NCBI GenBank assembly: GCA_964202905.1
Contig: CAXNJO010000011.1
Coordinates: forward strand, 32,001 to 96,000
From: Polyangiales bacterium
GTDB lineage: Bacteria > Myxococcota_A > Polyangia > Polyangiales > JADJQN01
Direction of reading: 5' to 3'
Length of the DNA stretch: 64,000 nucleotides
Shown here: in pieces, positions 53,216 through 64,000 of the stretch
Layout of the letters: every line of letters starts with the position of its first letter
How positions within the stretch are numbered: position 1 is the stretch's first letter
Position numbers and translations under genes: made by a program
The notes under the pieces: generated by a model
What the model saw: only the letters and a program-made list of their open reading frames with translations
Database searches by the model: none
Told to the model about the DNA's origin: nothing

Positions 53216-54286
53216 ATGACCGAGACAGTGCTCGTCACGGGCGCGCGGGGGACGGTCGGCAACTACGTCGTCGGCCTCGCCGAGGCCGCGGGCTACCGCG
53301 TCATCGCGAACGACCTCACCGCGGCGGGCGTGCCCGTGCCGGTGCGCGGCGAGGTGCGGCCCGGTGATCTGCGCGACGAGGCCGTGCGTGCGCGCGTCAT
53401 CCGCGGCGTCGATCACGTCGTGCACACGGCCGCGCAGCTCGACTCGATAGCCGATCCGGCGCAGCTCGCGGCGAGCAACACCGACGTCGTCGTGCGGCTC
53501 TACGAGGCGGCCGAGCAGGCGCGTGTGAAGCGATTCGTGCACATGTCGACGTCGATGCTCTACGCCCCGCGACAGGGGCACGCGCTCGACGAGGACGCCG
53601 CGGTCGCGCCGCGCGGCCCACACGGGCTCTCGAAGCACGGGGCCGAGGCGTTCTTGCGGGGGCGCGGCGTCGGCGCGTCGCCCGCGTACACGATCCTGCG
53701 GGCGGCCCCGATCTACGGGCGTCGTGGCCGTCACTTCGCCGCCGTGCTGCTCGCCGTCGGGCCGATGCTCGGGCTCGGGCTGCCCGTGCTCCCGCGGCCG
53801 CGCGGCGGGCCGCGACACACCTTCGTGCACGCCGAGGACGTCGCGCGGGCGCTCCTGTTCGCGCTGCGCCGCGACCAGACGGCGGGACAGACCTACAACG
53901 TCGCGGACGAGGACCCGCTGCCCTTCGGCGACCGCCTCGCGGAGACGTTCCGGGCGTACGGGCTGCGCTCGCTTCCCTCCGGACCGCTCCGGGACGGACT
54001 GCTCACCTGGGTCGCGCGCGCGTTCGGGGCGCCGGGCGGCTACCAGGCGGTCGACACGGGCGCGCTCGTCGCGTGGCGTCTCGTGGTGCTGCGGCACGGG
54101 TTGAAGCCCGCGCTCCGGCCGCGCCTCGACCCCGAGGCGGTCACGCTGCTCGACGACCCGCTCGTGATCGACGCGGGCCGCCTGCGCGCGCTCGGCTGGA
54201 CGCCGCGGTTCCCGCGGTTCGCGGACGGTTTCCGCGAGGTGCTGCGCTGGTATCAGGCGGAGCGCTGGGTCCCGCGCTACGCGTGA
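53216..54286 (+). CDS. NAD-dependent epimerase/dehydratase family (extended SDR)
   Basis: GGAGG RBS, VLVTGARGTVG, VVHTAA, ILRAAPIYG, FVHAEDVA and YNVAD. Confidence 0.87.
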   Translation: MTETVLVTGARGTVGNYVVGLAEAAGYRVIANDLTAAGVPVPVRGEVRPGDLRDEAVRARVIRGVDHVVHTAAQLDSIADPAQLAASNTDVVVRLYEAAEQARVKRFVHMSTSMLYAPRQGHALDEDAAVAPRGPHGLSKHGAEAFLRGRGVGASPAYTILRAAPIYGRRGRHFAAVLLAVGPMLGLGLPVLPRPRGGPRHTFVHAEDVARALLFALRRDQTAGQTYNVADEDPLPFGDRLAETFRAYGLRSLPSGPLRDGLLTWVARAFGAPGGYQAVDTGALVAWRLVVLRHGLKPALRPRLDPEAVTLLDDPLVIDAGRLRALGWTPRFPRFADGFREVLRWYQAERWVPRYA

Positions 54287-54351
54287 GCGTCGGTTGCCGT
54301 CGCGTGTCGGTGGCGCAGTCTGTGGACATCTCGACGCGAGGAATCTCGACG

Positions 54352-55071
54352 ATGCATGAGCGGATCCGGCGTGCGCTCGCCCTCCAGCGGGAGGGGGCCG
54401 CGGTCATGGAGCAGGCGCTGCTCGTCGCGCGGAGCGTCGCGCGTCCGCGCCGCGCCGCCGCGCCGGTGGCCGAGCGGCGGGAGGGCACGGTGCTCTTCGT
54501 GCACGGCTTCCTCGCGGCGGGGCCGGTGTTCGACCCGATGCGGGCCCACGTCGAGCGCGCGCTCGGGGTCGCGACGGCCGACTTCTCGTACGGCCCGACG
54601 GCACGGTTCGAGGACGTCGCCGCGCGCTTCGCCCGCCTCGCGGATCGCCACGCCGCGGACGGGCCGCTCGATCTCGTCGGGCACTCCCTCGGCGGGCTGA
54701 TCGCGCGCTGGTACGTGCAGGAGCTCGGCGGCGCCCGGCATGTGCGACGGCTCGTGACGCTCGCGACGCCGCACGCGGGCACGGAGGCGGCGCGCATCGC
54801 CCCTGTCGCGCTCGCGAAGGCGCTGTGTCCGGGGAGCCCCGTCGTGGCGCGGCTCGGGGCGACGCGGGAGGCTGCGCGCAGGGTCGTCCACACCGCCATC
54901 GTCGCGGGGGCCGACCGCATGGTCACGCCGCCGTCGAGCGCGTCGGCCCTCGACGACGCCGAGGTGCACTGGTTCGACGCGCTCGGTCACAACGAGCTGC
55001 TCTTCGACCGCGGGGTCTACGCGCGCGTCGTCGCGGCGCTCGCGCGGCCCGTCAGCGACGACGGAACGTGA
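54352..55071 (+). CDS. Lipase/esterase family alpha/beta hydrolase
   Basis: FVHGF, GHSLGG, LATPHAG, D.MV and GH. The 3' end overlaps the convergent pilS by 20 nt. Confidence 0.85.
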   Translation: MHERIRRALALQREGAAVMEQALLVARSVARPRRAAAPVAERREGTVLFVHGFLAAGPVFDPMRAHVERALGVATADFSYGPTARFEDVAARFARLADRHAADGPLDLVGHSLGGLIARWYVQELGGARHVRRLVTLATPHAGTEAARIAPVALAKALCPGSPVVARLGATREAARRVVHTAIVAGADRMVTPPSSASALDDAEVHWFDALGHNELLFDRGVYARVVAALARPVSDDGT

Positions 55072-56764
55072 CGCGGAACGTCGTGCCGCTGCCGCCCGAC
55101 CCCGCGAGCCCGCGCGGCTCGGCGTCGATGCGCGCGCCGTGCGCGTCGACGATCTGCTTGACGAGCGCGAGACCGAGTCCGGTCCCCCGCGCGCGCTGCG
55201 TGTAGAACACCTCGAAGAGTTGCGGCAGGCTCTCGCGCGTCACGCCGGGGCCTTCGTCACGCACCTCGAGCACGCCTGCGCCGCCTTCGTCGAGGTGGGC
55301 CGCGAGCGTGACCGTTCCGCCCGGGGGCGAGGCCTGGACCGCGTTCTTCAGCAGGTTCCACACCACCTGCCGCACCTGCGCCGCGTCGACCCACGCCGGG
55401 ACCCGCGTCTCTGCCAGCTCGGTGGCGATCGACACCGTGGTGCTCCTCGCCGCGCCGATGCGCGCCATGTCGACGACCTGCCTCACGATGTCCGCGAGAT
55501 CGTGCTCGTCGCGCTCGAGGATGCCCGGGCGACCGAGCTGCAACATCGTGGCGACCAGTTCGTCGAGTCGATCCGCCTCGGAGATGACGATCGCCAAGAG
55601 TTTGCGGTCTTCCTCGACGAGCTCCGGGGACTCGGACACGAGCTGGACGGAGCCCGAGATCGAGCCGAGCGGGTTGCGGATCTCGTGCGCGAGTCCGGCT
55701 GCGATCCGGCCGAGCTGCGCGAGCCGCTCGGCGTGCGCGGCCGACTCGCGCAGCATCTGCACCTCGCTCAGGTCCTGAAAGACGAGGAGGCCCCCGAGCC
55801 TGCGGCCGTCCCCATCATGGAGGGAGGTCCGTGTGTAGCCCGCCGAGAAGGTCGTCCCATCCATCCGCCGGGCGACCGTCTCCGCGCGCGAGGCGGGCGG
55901 GACCTCCTCCGCGAGCGGCGCGAAGAGTTCGCCGACCGGTCGGCCGCTCAGCGCATCGGCCGAGGCGCCGAGCATCGCGCACGCGGCGGGGTTCGCCGTC
56001 TGCACGCGCCCCGCCTCGTCCGTCGTGAGCAGGCCGGCGGTGATCGAGAGCACGATGTGGTCGTTGAGCCGCTCGAGCGCCTCGACGCTCTCGGCGGCGC
56101 GCGCGAGGGCGCGGCGTGTCCGGCGCTGACGCGCGGCGAGGTAGCTCGCGAGGACGCTGATGGCCGACAAGCCGACCACGCTGCGCACGAGCGCGAAGCT
56201 GTTCGCGGGGTCGGCGAGGAGATAGCGGCTCGGGTCCTGGTCCGGGGGCCAGGGCAGCCAGCCGTTCGACGTCGCGACGCTGAGCGTGACGTAGAGCGTC
56301 ACCGCACCGACCGCGGCGCCGCGCGCCGAGCCCGGACCGATCAGCACGGCCGCCGCGAGGATGGTGATCCCGAAGAGAAACGTGAACGCGCTCGTGACGC
56401 CGCCGCCGAGCCACACCAGCGTGAGCTCGAGCCCGAGGTCGAGGACGATCTGCGCGCTGGCGAGCACCAACAGGCGCCGCGCCTGCAGCGCGGGCTCGCC
56501 CTGGGTTCGCGCGATGCGCCGCAACACGAGCGCGGAGACCAGCGTCGCCGCGTACGTCGCGACGATCAGCCACGAGATCCCCGCGCCCGTGAAGGTGTAC
56601 GCGGCCGCCTGCTCGCTCAGGAGGTGCCCGCCGAGGAGCAGCGTCGCGACGACGAGCCGACCGGCGAGCCAGAGCCCGACGCGTCGCGCGTCGCCCCCGT
56701 CCTCAGGGGCCGCGACCTCGACGGGGGAGCGCGCGGGGACCGGCTCCGCGGAGCCCGCGACCAC
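55052..56764 (-). CDS. pilS: Sensor histidine kinase, PilS-like
   Basis: Multi-TM N-terminus, PAS domain, H-box LAHEIRNPL, N-box NLLKNA, DEGPG and GTGLGL. Immediately downstream of pilC. Confidence 0.85.
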   Translation of the reverse strand: MVAGSAEPVPARSPVEVAAPEDGGDARRVGLWLAGRLVVATLLLGGHLLSEQAAAYTFTGAGISWLIVATYAATLVSALVLRRIARTQGEPALQARRLLVLASAQIVLDLGLELTLVWLGGGVTSAFTFLFGITILAAAVLIGPGSARGAAVGAVTLYVTLSVATSNGWLPWPPDQDPSRYLLADPANSFALVRSVVGLSAISVLASYLAARQRRTRRALARAAESVEALERLNDHIVLSITAGLLTTDEAGRVQTANPAACAMLGASADALSGRPVGELFAPLAEEVPPASRAETVARRMDGTTFSAGYTRTSLHDGDGRRLGGLLVFQDLSEVQMLRESAAHAERLAQLGRIAAGLAHEIRNPLGSISGSVQLVSESPELVEEDRKLLAIVISEADRLDELVATMLQLGRPGILERDEHDLADIVRQVVDMARIGAARSTTVSIATELAETRVPAWVDAAQVRQVVWNLLKNAVQASPPGGTVTLAAHLDEGGAGVLEVRDEGPGVTRESLPQLFEVFYTQRARGTGLGLALVKQIVDAHGARIDAEPRGLAGSGGSGTTFRVTFRRR

Positions 56765-56765
56765 G

Positions 56766-57983
<1,218 letters not shown>

Positions 57984-58053
57984 GGCACCTCGGGGGCGAC
58001 TCTACGCCATGCGCTTCGCGCGCGTCAAAAGTCGCGGCCGGCGCGTGGCGCGC

Positions 58054-59749
58054 TCAGCGTCGATAGGGGTTGTTGAGGAGTTCGTCGTCGTCGGAGCCCG
58101 CGCGCTCGTCGGTCTGCACGGGGGCGCCGCTCGCTTCGTCGCGGGCGCTGTGGCGATGGCGGCGCGTCGATGTACCGCGCGCCGCGCGGTCCGCGGCGTC
58201 GTGTCGGGTGGGGGGGCGGCGTGGCGGCTGACGGGGAAGAGGGCGCAGCGGGCAGGCTTGGGGCGGGGACGGGAGGGAGCGGCGCCGCGGCGGGCACGGC
58301 GGCAACCGGCGGCTTCGTAGCGAGCGCGGGGGCCGTCGGCGCGGGCAGGGTACCGGTGGCTGTCGCAGGAGCGCGCGTGAGCACGAGCGCGGCCGCTGCG
58401 ACGGCCACGATGAGGAGCGCCGCGGCGGCGAGGGTGAGCGCACGGCGCCGTCCCGAAGGCGCGCCGGGCTGCGTGGCGTGCGGCGGCGGCGCGGCGAAGG
58501 ACGGGGCGTGGCTGCCGGCGCCGGGAGCGGGGCCGAGCACGCCGGGGAGGGGGACGCCCGGGAGCGGCGCCGCTCCGGTCAGCGTCTGTGCGCTCGCCCA
58601 CGCACCTGCGGGCATGCTTCGGCTCCGAGAGGGGAGCGACGGCTCCGACCCGACGCGCATCCCCGGTATCGACGGCTCGGAGGCGCCGCGCGGGATGGGC
58701 AGCGCGAGGCCGGTGGCCGTCTCCGCGGAGCTGAGGCCGCGGACGGCCTCTTGGACGCGGAGCTTCTCCTTCGCCAGTTTTTCGGCTGCGAGTCGGCGCA
58801 CCACCTCGCCCACCTGACGGGCTGTCGCGATCCCGCCCGTCTCGTCGACCACGGCTTCGAGCGCTGTGGCGAACGCGTCCGCCGTTTGGAAACGGCGCGC
58901 GGGGTCGCGCTCGAGGGCGCGTGCGCAGAGCGCATCGAACGGAGCGAGCTCCGGGCGCGCTTCCGACGGGCGCGGGATGGGCTCGGCGAGGATCTTGTTG
59001 AGCGTCTGCGCGTTGGTGTCCGCCCGGAAGAGGCGTCGCCCGGTGAGGCCCTCCCAGAGGATGATCCCCATCGCGAAGAGGTCGGAGCGCTGATCCGTCG
59101 CGCCCGTGGAGGCGTGCTCGGGCGCCATGTACGCGAGCTTGCCCTTGAACTGTCCATCGCGCGTGGAGGTGAGCCGCACCTCCGCCTTGGCGACGCCGAA
59201 ATCGGTGAGGCGCGCGATGCCATCTGTCCCGACCATGATGTTGTGCGGGCTGATGTCGCGGTGGACGAGCTGGAGCGGGACGCCGTTCTCGTCCACGAGG
59301 TCGTGTGCCGCGGCGAGCCCCGCGAGCGCATCGAGCACCACGCGCACGACGACGGGCGGCGGCACGCGGAGGCCGTCCTTCGCAGCCTGCTGCAGCAGCG
59401 CCCCGAGATGGTGGCCCTCGATGTAGTCCATCACGAGGAAGAAGCCGTCACCCTCCGTGTCGCTGATGTCGAGCGTCGCGACGACGTTGGGGTGGTGGAT
59501 GCGCGCGGCGAGGCGGGCCTCGTCGAGGAACATCGAGATGAACTCTTCCTCGTGGGCGAGGTGCGGGTGCAGCACCTTCACGGCGACGAGCCGCTCGAAG
59601 CCCGCCATGGCGAGCGCGCGCGCGATGTAGACGCCCGCCATGCCGCCCGCCGCGAGCTGCGCGAGCACCTGGTAGCGTCCGAGGCGGCGCCCGACGAGGC
59701 TCTGCCCCGCGCCGCCGGCTCCGACCGCCGCAGGCGCCGGGTTCGCCAT
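58054..59749 (-). CDS. Membrane-anchored Ser/Thr protein kinase (Hanks type); apparent frameshift in the Pro-rich tail near the G run at 58210-58216
   Basis: AAGGMAGVY, VAVK, HRDISPHN, DFGVAK, YMAPE and a TM. The C-terminal LLNNPYRR lies in a shifted frame; the in-frame ORF would end at 58025. Confidence 0.92.
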
Positions 59750-60795
59750 CAGAATCGCCCCCGGACCACGCCGACCGCGCCACCGGGCGCCGGCGCGACC
59801 GCGGCCTCGACGCGGGGCGAGTCGGGGGCGTCGTCGGTGCGGCCGCCCCAGTCCGTGAGGAGCGCGAGCACGCCCGTGACGGCGCCGAGCGCGGCGGTCA
59901 CGCCGATGAGCACGTTCGTGCGCAGCTCTTTGCGCTGGCCGGCGTCGAGCGCCTCCTGCGTCGGGTTCGCTTCGTAGGCAGGGACGCCCGCCGCTGTGTC
60001 GAGGCCGGACCAGGCGAGGAATCCGCCTGCGACGAGCGTGGCGCCGGCGGAGGCGATGAACACCGCGGGCGGGAGTCCGCCGCGCGCGCGATCCTCCGGC
60101 CGCTCCGCGTCGGCGTCCCGTGCCTCCGTGACCTCGCCGCCGGTGTTGCGCCGGAGTGCGGCGGTCGGCCAGCCGCGCGGGCCCGTCGCCGCAGGCTCGG
60201 GCTCCGGGGCCGGCGGGGCGTCGAACGCGATCGCGCGCGTGTCCCCGGCCGCGCCGCGCACCGTCTGCGGGACCGCGTCGCCCGTCTCGAAGTGCGCGCC
60301 GATCGCGTGGTCGGCGTCGGCCTCGACGAAGAACGACGGCCACTCCTGCAGCGTCCCATCCAACTCCGTGGTGCACGCCGCGCAGGACACGTCGATCCGC
60401 ACGTACGCGCGGGTCGCGGCGCTGACGAGGGGGGTGGCGACGCGCACGGACTGGCGGTCGTCCGCGTACTGCGCGAGCAGTCGAAGCGCGAGGTTCGCGG
60501 CGCGCAGCGCGTCGCCGGCGCGCTGGTGCGCGCGAACGGCCTGCAGCAGCGCGGGCGCGGCCGGGGCCATGCGGTGCGCCGTCTCGAACCAGCGGGCGGC
60601 GGCGACGTAATCGCGCGACAGATACGCGGCCGTCGCGCGGTCATAGGCCTCTGCCGCGGCCTGCCGCTGCTGCGCGCTCGGCTCGGCAACGGGCTCGCCG
60701 GACGGGGTGTCCTGGGCTGCCGCGCTGCGTGCGCCCACGGCGAGGGCGAGCGAGAGCCCGAGGGCCGTGACGAGCAGCCCGCTGCGTGCGCGCAC
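59749..60795 (-). CDS. Exported TPR / PEGA-like protein with a C-terminal hydrophobic hairpin
   Basis: Signal peptide ending AAAQ, TPR-like AYDRATAAY..DYVAAARWFETAH, C-terminal VGVVRGRF. Stop overlaps the kinase start. Confidence 0.75.
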   Translation of the reverse strand: MRARSGLLVTALGLSLALAVGARSAAAQDTPSGEPVAEPSAQQRQAAAEAYDRATAAYLSRDYVAAARWFETAHRMAPAAPALLQAVRAHQRAGDALRAANLALRLLAQYADDRQSVRVATPLVSAATRAYVRIDVSCAACTTELDGTLQEWPSFFVEADADHAIGAHFETGDAVPQTVRGAAGDTRAIAFDAPPAPEPEPAATGPRGWPTAALRRNTGGEVTEARDADAERPEDRARGGLPPAVFIASAGATLVAGGFLAWSGLDTAAGVPAYEANPTQEALDAGQRKELRTNVLIGVTAALGAVTGVLALLTDWGGRTDDAPDSPRVEAAVAPAPGGAVGVVRGRF

Positions 60796-60932
60796 GGTCC
60801 CCTTGCGGCCAAGCACGCCGGCGCGGCGGCGGGGGGATGTCGGTCGGGCGTGGAGGACGTTCACCGGGACCCGCCGCGCAGCATGCGGGTCGCCGCGCGA
60901 CCGCGTCAAGCGGGCCGGGGGCGTGCGCGGGC

Positions 60933-62048
60933 TCAGCGCGGGCGGCGCCCGCCACCGACGCCGTGCTCGACCATCGAGCGCAGCTCGAGCGGGTCGGGGG
61001 AGCGCAGCTCGGCCTCCTCCATCGAGATGGCCTTGCGCACGAGGAGGCCGTAGAGGGCCTGATTCATCGTCTGCATGCCCGATGCGCCCTGGCCCGTCTG
61101 CATCACGCTGTAGATCTGGTGGACCTTGTCTTCGCGGATGAGGTTCCGGATCGCGGCGTTCGGGACCATCACCTCGATGCACGCGACGCGGCCGGGGCCG
61201 TCGGACCGCGGGACGAGCAGCTGGGACACCACGCCCTGCAGCACGAAGGACAGCTGCGCGCGGACCTGCGGCTGCTGGTGCGCGGGGAAGACGTCGATGA
61301 TGCGGTTGATGGCCGCGATGGCCCCGTTGGTGTGGAGCGTCGCGAAGACGAGGTGGCCCGTCTCACTGATGGTGAGGGCGGCCTGAATCGTCTCGAGGTC
61401 GCGCATCTCGCCGACGAGCACGACGTCCGGATCCTGACGCAACACGTACTTGAGCGCGTCCTTGAAGCTGTACGTGTCGGTGCCGACCTCGCGCTGGTTG
61501 ACGACCGAGAGCTTGTGCTGGTGCATGTACTCGATCGGGTCCTCGATCGTCATGATGTGCTGGCGCGTCTCCGCGTTGATCTTGTCCAGCATCGAGGCGA
61601 GCGTCGTGCTCTTGCCGGAGCCCGTCGGCCCGGTGATCAGCACGAGGCCGCGTGGCAGCGCGGCGAGCGCGGAGATGACGGGAGGCAGCCCCAGTTCATC
61701 GAGCGTCATGATCTTGTAGGGGATCGCGCGGAAGGCGCCGGCCGCGGCGCCGCGCTGCATGAAGATGTTCGCGCGAAAGCGCGAGAGGTTCTTCACGCCG
61801 AAGGAGAGGTCGAGCTCGTTCGTCCGCTCGAAGGTGACCTTCTGCTCTTCGGTGAGGGCCGAGTAGCAGAGTTCCTTCGTCTCGACCGGGCCGAGCGGCG
61901 GCGTCTTCATGGGAATGAGCGCGCCGTCGATGCGCAGGGAGGGCGGGGCGCCGGCGGTGATGTGGAGGTCGGAGGCGCCCTTCTCGATCATCACGCGGAG
62001 GAGCTGGGGGAGCGTGATGCGGGGGGACTCCTGAACGGGCTGCGTCAT
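60933..62048 (-). CDS. pilT: Type IV pilus retraction ATPase
   Basis: GPTGSGKSTT, TIEDPIE, LRQDPD, ETGHLVFATLH, AIRNLIRE and GMQT. Confidence 0.96.
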   Translation of the reverse strand: MTQPVQESPRITLPQLLRVMIEKGASDLHITAGAPPSLRIDGALIPMKTPPLGPVETKELCYSALTEEQKVTFERTNELDLSFGVKNLSRFRANIFMQRGAAAGAFRAIPYKIMTLDELGLPPVISALAALPRGLVLITGPTGSGKSTTLASMLDKINAETRQHIMTIEDPIEYMHQHKLSVVNQREVGTDTYSFKDALKYVLRQDPDVVLVGEMRDLETIQAALTISETGHLVFATLHTNGAIAAINRIIDVFPAHQQPQVRAQLSFVLQGVVSQLLVPRSDGPGRVACIEVMVPNAAIRNLIREDKVHQIYSVMQTGQGASGMQTMNQALYGLLVRKAISMEEAELRSPDPLELRSMVEHGVGGGRRPR

Positions 62049-62110
62049 GGCCTGAGGATAGACGATCCCGCGGGCGAAACTCGACCCCGGCTTCGCCGCG
62101 CCTGGCGCCG

Positions 62111-63649
62111 TCAGATCTCGACCTTCGTCCAGAGGCGGCCGCGCATCCAGGCCTTGCGCCGGTCGGCGCGCGTCACGATGCGCGCGGCGCTCCAGGCCGC
62201 GAGGAGCTGGCCTTCCATGCCGAGTCCGGGGGTCGTCTGGCCGCTGCAGAGGAGCAGCCCGCGCAGCGGCGTGCGCACGGGGAGCGCGCTCAGCCCGAGC
62301 GCGGTCGTCACGGGGTAGCCGTGGAGCGCGCGCATCGTCTGGGGGCCGCGGGTCCACGGCTCGGGCGCGAGGCGCGTGCGACCGGCGCGGACGTCGAGCA
62401 CGGGGCGTCCGTCGTGCGGCGAATCGATGAGCTGCACGGTGCGCCCGAGGAACGGCACGAGCTCGCCGAGGGCCGCGAAGATGCGCTCGCGCACGCCGTC
62501 GATGTAGTCCGGGACGTCCTCGATCGCGCGGCGGGGCAGCAGCGCCTCGACGCAGAGGAGCCGCCGGCCTTGCGCGTCGGGCGGGTGCGCCTCGACGTGC
62601 AGCAGGTTCTCCGCGGCGAGCGGGCGGCGCGGATCGCGAACGAAATACACGTCGCGCGCCATGCCGACCGGCACGCCCTCGGCCGCGAGCACGAGGTTCA
62701 GCGTGTAGCGGAACCAGCGCGGCTGCGGCTCCCCGAGGCGCTCGAACAGCTCTTCGAGCGGGCGTCGATCGGGCAGGAGGCGGAGGAGGCTCGAGACGTC
62801 GCCACCCCACGCCACGAACGAAGCGCCGAGCTCTTCGCCGGAGCCCGCGATCCGCACGCCTGCGACGGCGCCGCGTCGGACGAGGAGCGCGTCGGCGCAT
62901 TCGCGTTCGCGCACGTCGCCCGAGTGCGTGCGCAGCTTGTCGACGAGCATCTGTCTCAGGCTCGCCTCGCCGCCGTCGAGGACGGCCGAGCCGCGGAGCA
63001 GCGCCCCGTAGAGCCGGCCGAGGCGCAGCGGCGTCGCGTAGTCCGGGTCCATGCCGTCGTGGAAGCGCGTCGGTGCCTGCACCACGAGGCGGAAGGGGTG
63101 CTCCTCGCGCAGCTCGGCGAACGGATCGCGTCCGCCTCCGAGCTTGTCGAAGAACAGGTGCGCGGAGGCCCGCGCGAATTCGCGCCGCTCGAAGAACGAC
63201 TCGGGCGGCCACACCAGATCGCGCTCGATCAGCCGATCGAACTCCGCGCCCGTCCGCGCGACGCCGCGGTGGAAGTCCTCGACCGGGCGTCGTACCTCGG
63301 GGAACTCGCGCTCGATCTCGCGATCGAGCTCGGCGTCGCTCTCGGGCAGGTCGAGACGCTGCCGCGGGAGCGCGACTTGGAACACCGGGTCCATCGCGAG
63401 CGCGCGACGGCGGAACAACTGATGGAGCGCGAGCTCCGCGAAGATGCGCCGCGCCGCGGGGGAGCCCGCTGCCGTGAACGTGAAGGGCGCGCGCGGGAGC
63501 ACGAGGCCCTCGCCCGCGTCGTACGTCGGTGGGAGGTCGTCCTGCGCGAGCACGAGCACGCGGAAGCCGCGCTTCGCGAGGAGCGTCCCGGCGAGCAGCG
63601 GTCCGAGCTGCGTCCCGAGCACGATGACGTCGTAGAAGTTGCCGTTCAT
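62111..63649 (-). CDS. FAD/NAD(P)-binding-fold protein, phytoene dehydrogenase-like, with a degenerate dinucleotide motif
   Basis: YDVIVLGTQLGPLLAGTLLAKRG and C-terminal RTPLRGLLLCSGQTTPGLGMEG. ATGA-coupled to purN. Confidence 0.7.
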   Translation of the reverse strand: MNGNFYDVIVLGTQLGPLLAGTLLAKRGFRVLVLAQDDLPPTYDAGEGLVLPRAPFTFTAAGSPAARRIFAELALHQLFRRRALAMDPVFQVALPRQRLDLPESDAELDREIEREFPEVRRPVEDFHRGVARTGAEFDRLIERDLVWPPESFFERREFARASAHLFFDKLGGGRDPFAELREEHPFRLVVQAPTRFHDGMDPDYATPLRLGRLYGALLRGSAVLDGGEASLRQMLVDKLRTHSGDVRERECADALLVRRGAVAGVRIAGSGEELGASFVAWGGDVSSLLRLLPDRRPLEELFERLGEPQPRWFRYTLNLVLAAEGVPVGMARDVYFVRDPRRPLAAENLLHVEAHPPDAQGRRLLCVEALLPRRAIEDVPDYIDGVRERIFAALGELVPFLGRTVQLIDSPHDGRPVLDVRAGRTRLAPEPWTRGPQTMRALHGYPVTTALGLSALPVRTPLRGLLLCSGQTTPGLGMEGQLLAAWSAARIVTRADRRKAWMRGRLWTKVEI

Positions 63650-64000
63650 CGCAGCGGGGGTGCGAAGAGCACGGCGCGCGCCTCGGTCGGGGCCGCGTCG
63701 CCGACGAGTCGCGGCGGCGCACCGAGGACCATCGCCCCGCGCGCGATCGCGTCGAGGACCGCGGGCAGCAGCACATGCTCCGCGCGCTGGATGCGGGCGT
63801 GCAGCGAGGCGGCGTCGTCACCCGGTTCGACGCGCACGGCGGCCTGCGCGAGGATCGGCCCGGTGTCGACGCCCGCGTCGACGAGGTGCACCGTGCAGCC
63901 GCTCAGCCGCACGCCCGCGGCGATCGCCTGCGCGGGGCCGTCGGAGCCCTTGAAGGCCGGCAGCAGCGCGGGGTGGACGTTCACGATGGCGTTCGGGAAG
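63646..64000 (-). CDS. purN: Phosphoribosylglycinamide formyltransferase (3' part; truncated by the window edge)
   Basis: NVHPALLPAFKG, GCTVHLVDAGVDTGPILAQ and EH.L. Confidence 0.93.
   Translation of the reverse strand, partial: FPNAIVNVHPALLPAFKGSDGPAQAIAAGVRLSGCTVHLVDAGVDTGPILAQAAVRVEPGDDAASLHARIQRAEHVLLPAVLDAIARGAMVLGAPPRLVGDAAPTEARAVLFAPPLR

Overview
This is a very GC-rich, densely coding chromosomal segment. The gene content (pilT/pilC/pilS, FHA proteins, a eukaryote-like Ser/Thr kinase ending NPY, a TPR/PEGA-type exported protein, an atypical Hsp70) points to Myxococcota, probably Polyangiales; this assignment is inference. About 53 genes can be supported. They include a surface-glycan cluster (CgeB-type GT, AsnB-type amidotransferase, GT2-methyltransferase, two GT-C-like membrane proteins), a divergent membrane pyrophosphatase, an SDR/acyltransferase pair, an FHA-GGDEF cyclase, a PBP, a TonB-dependent receptor operon, gyrA, an Hsp70/J-protein/MshEN cluster, prfC, hisBHAF, pmm-manC-uppP, an MCE protein, two convergent FHA paralogs and a rearranged type IV pilus locus. 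I saw no rRNA, tRNA, CRISPR array or mobile element. The best candidate for an undescribed system is at 16820-21446. A His-rich, signal-bearing leader ORF ending in the ribosome-arrest motif RGPP sits directly upstream of a His-plug TonB-dependent receptor and two His/Cys-motif lipoproteins, which suggests metal-uptake genes controlled by a nascent peptide. Other notable items are a lidless Hsp70 with a ~375-aa Pro-rich insert next to a J-protein and a stand-alone MshEN c-di-GMP receptor, and an MlaD with a C-terminal beta-barrel-like domain. Six genes show apparent frameshifts in low-complexity GC-rich tracts, most likely assembly indels.
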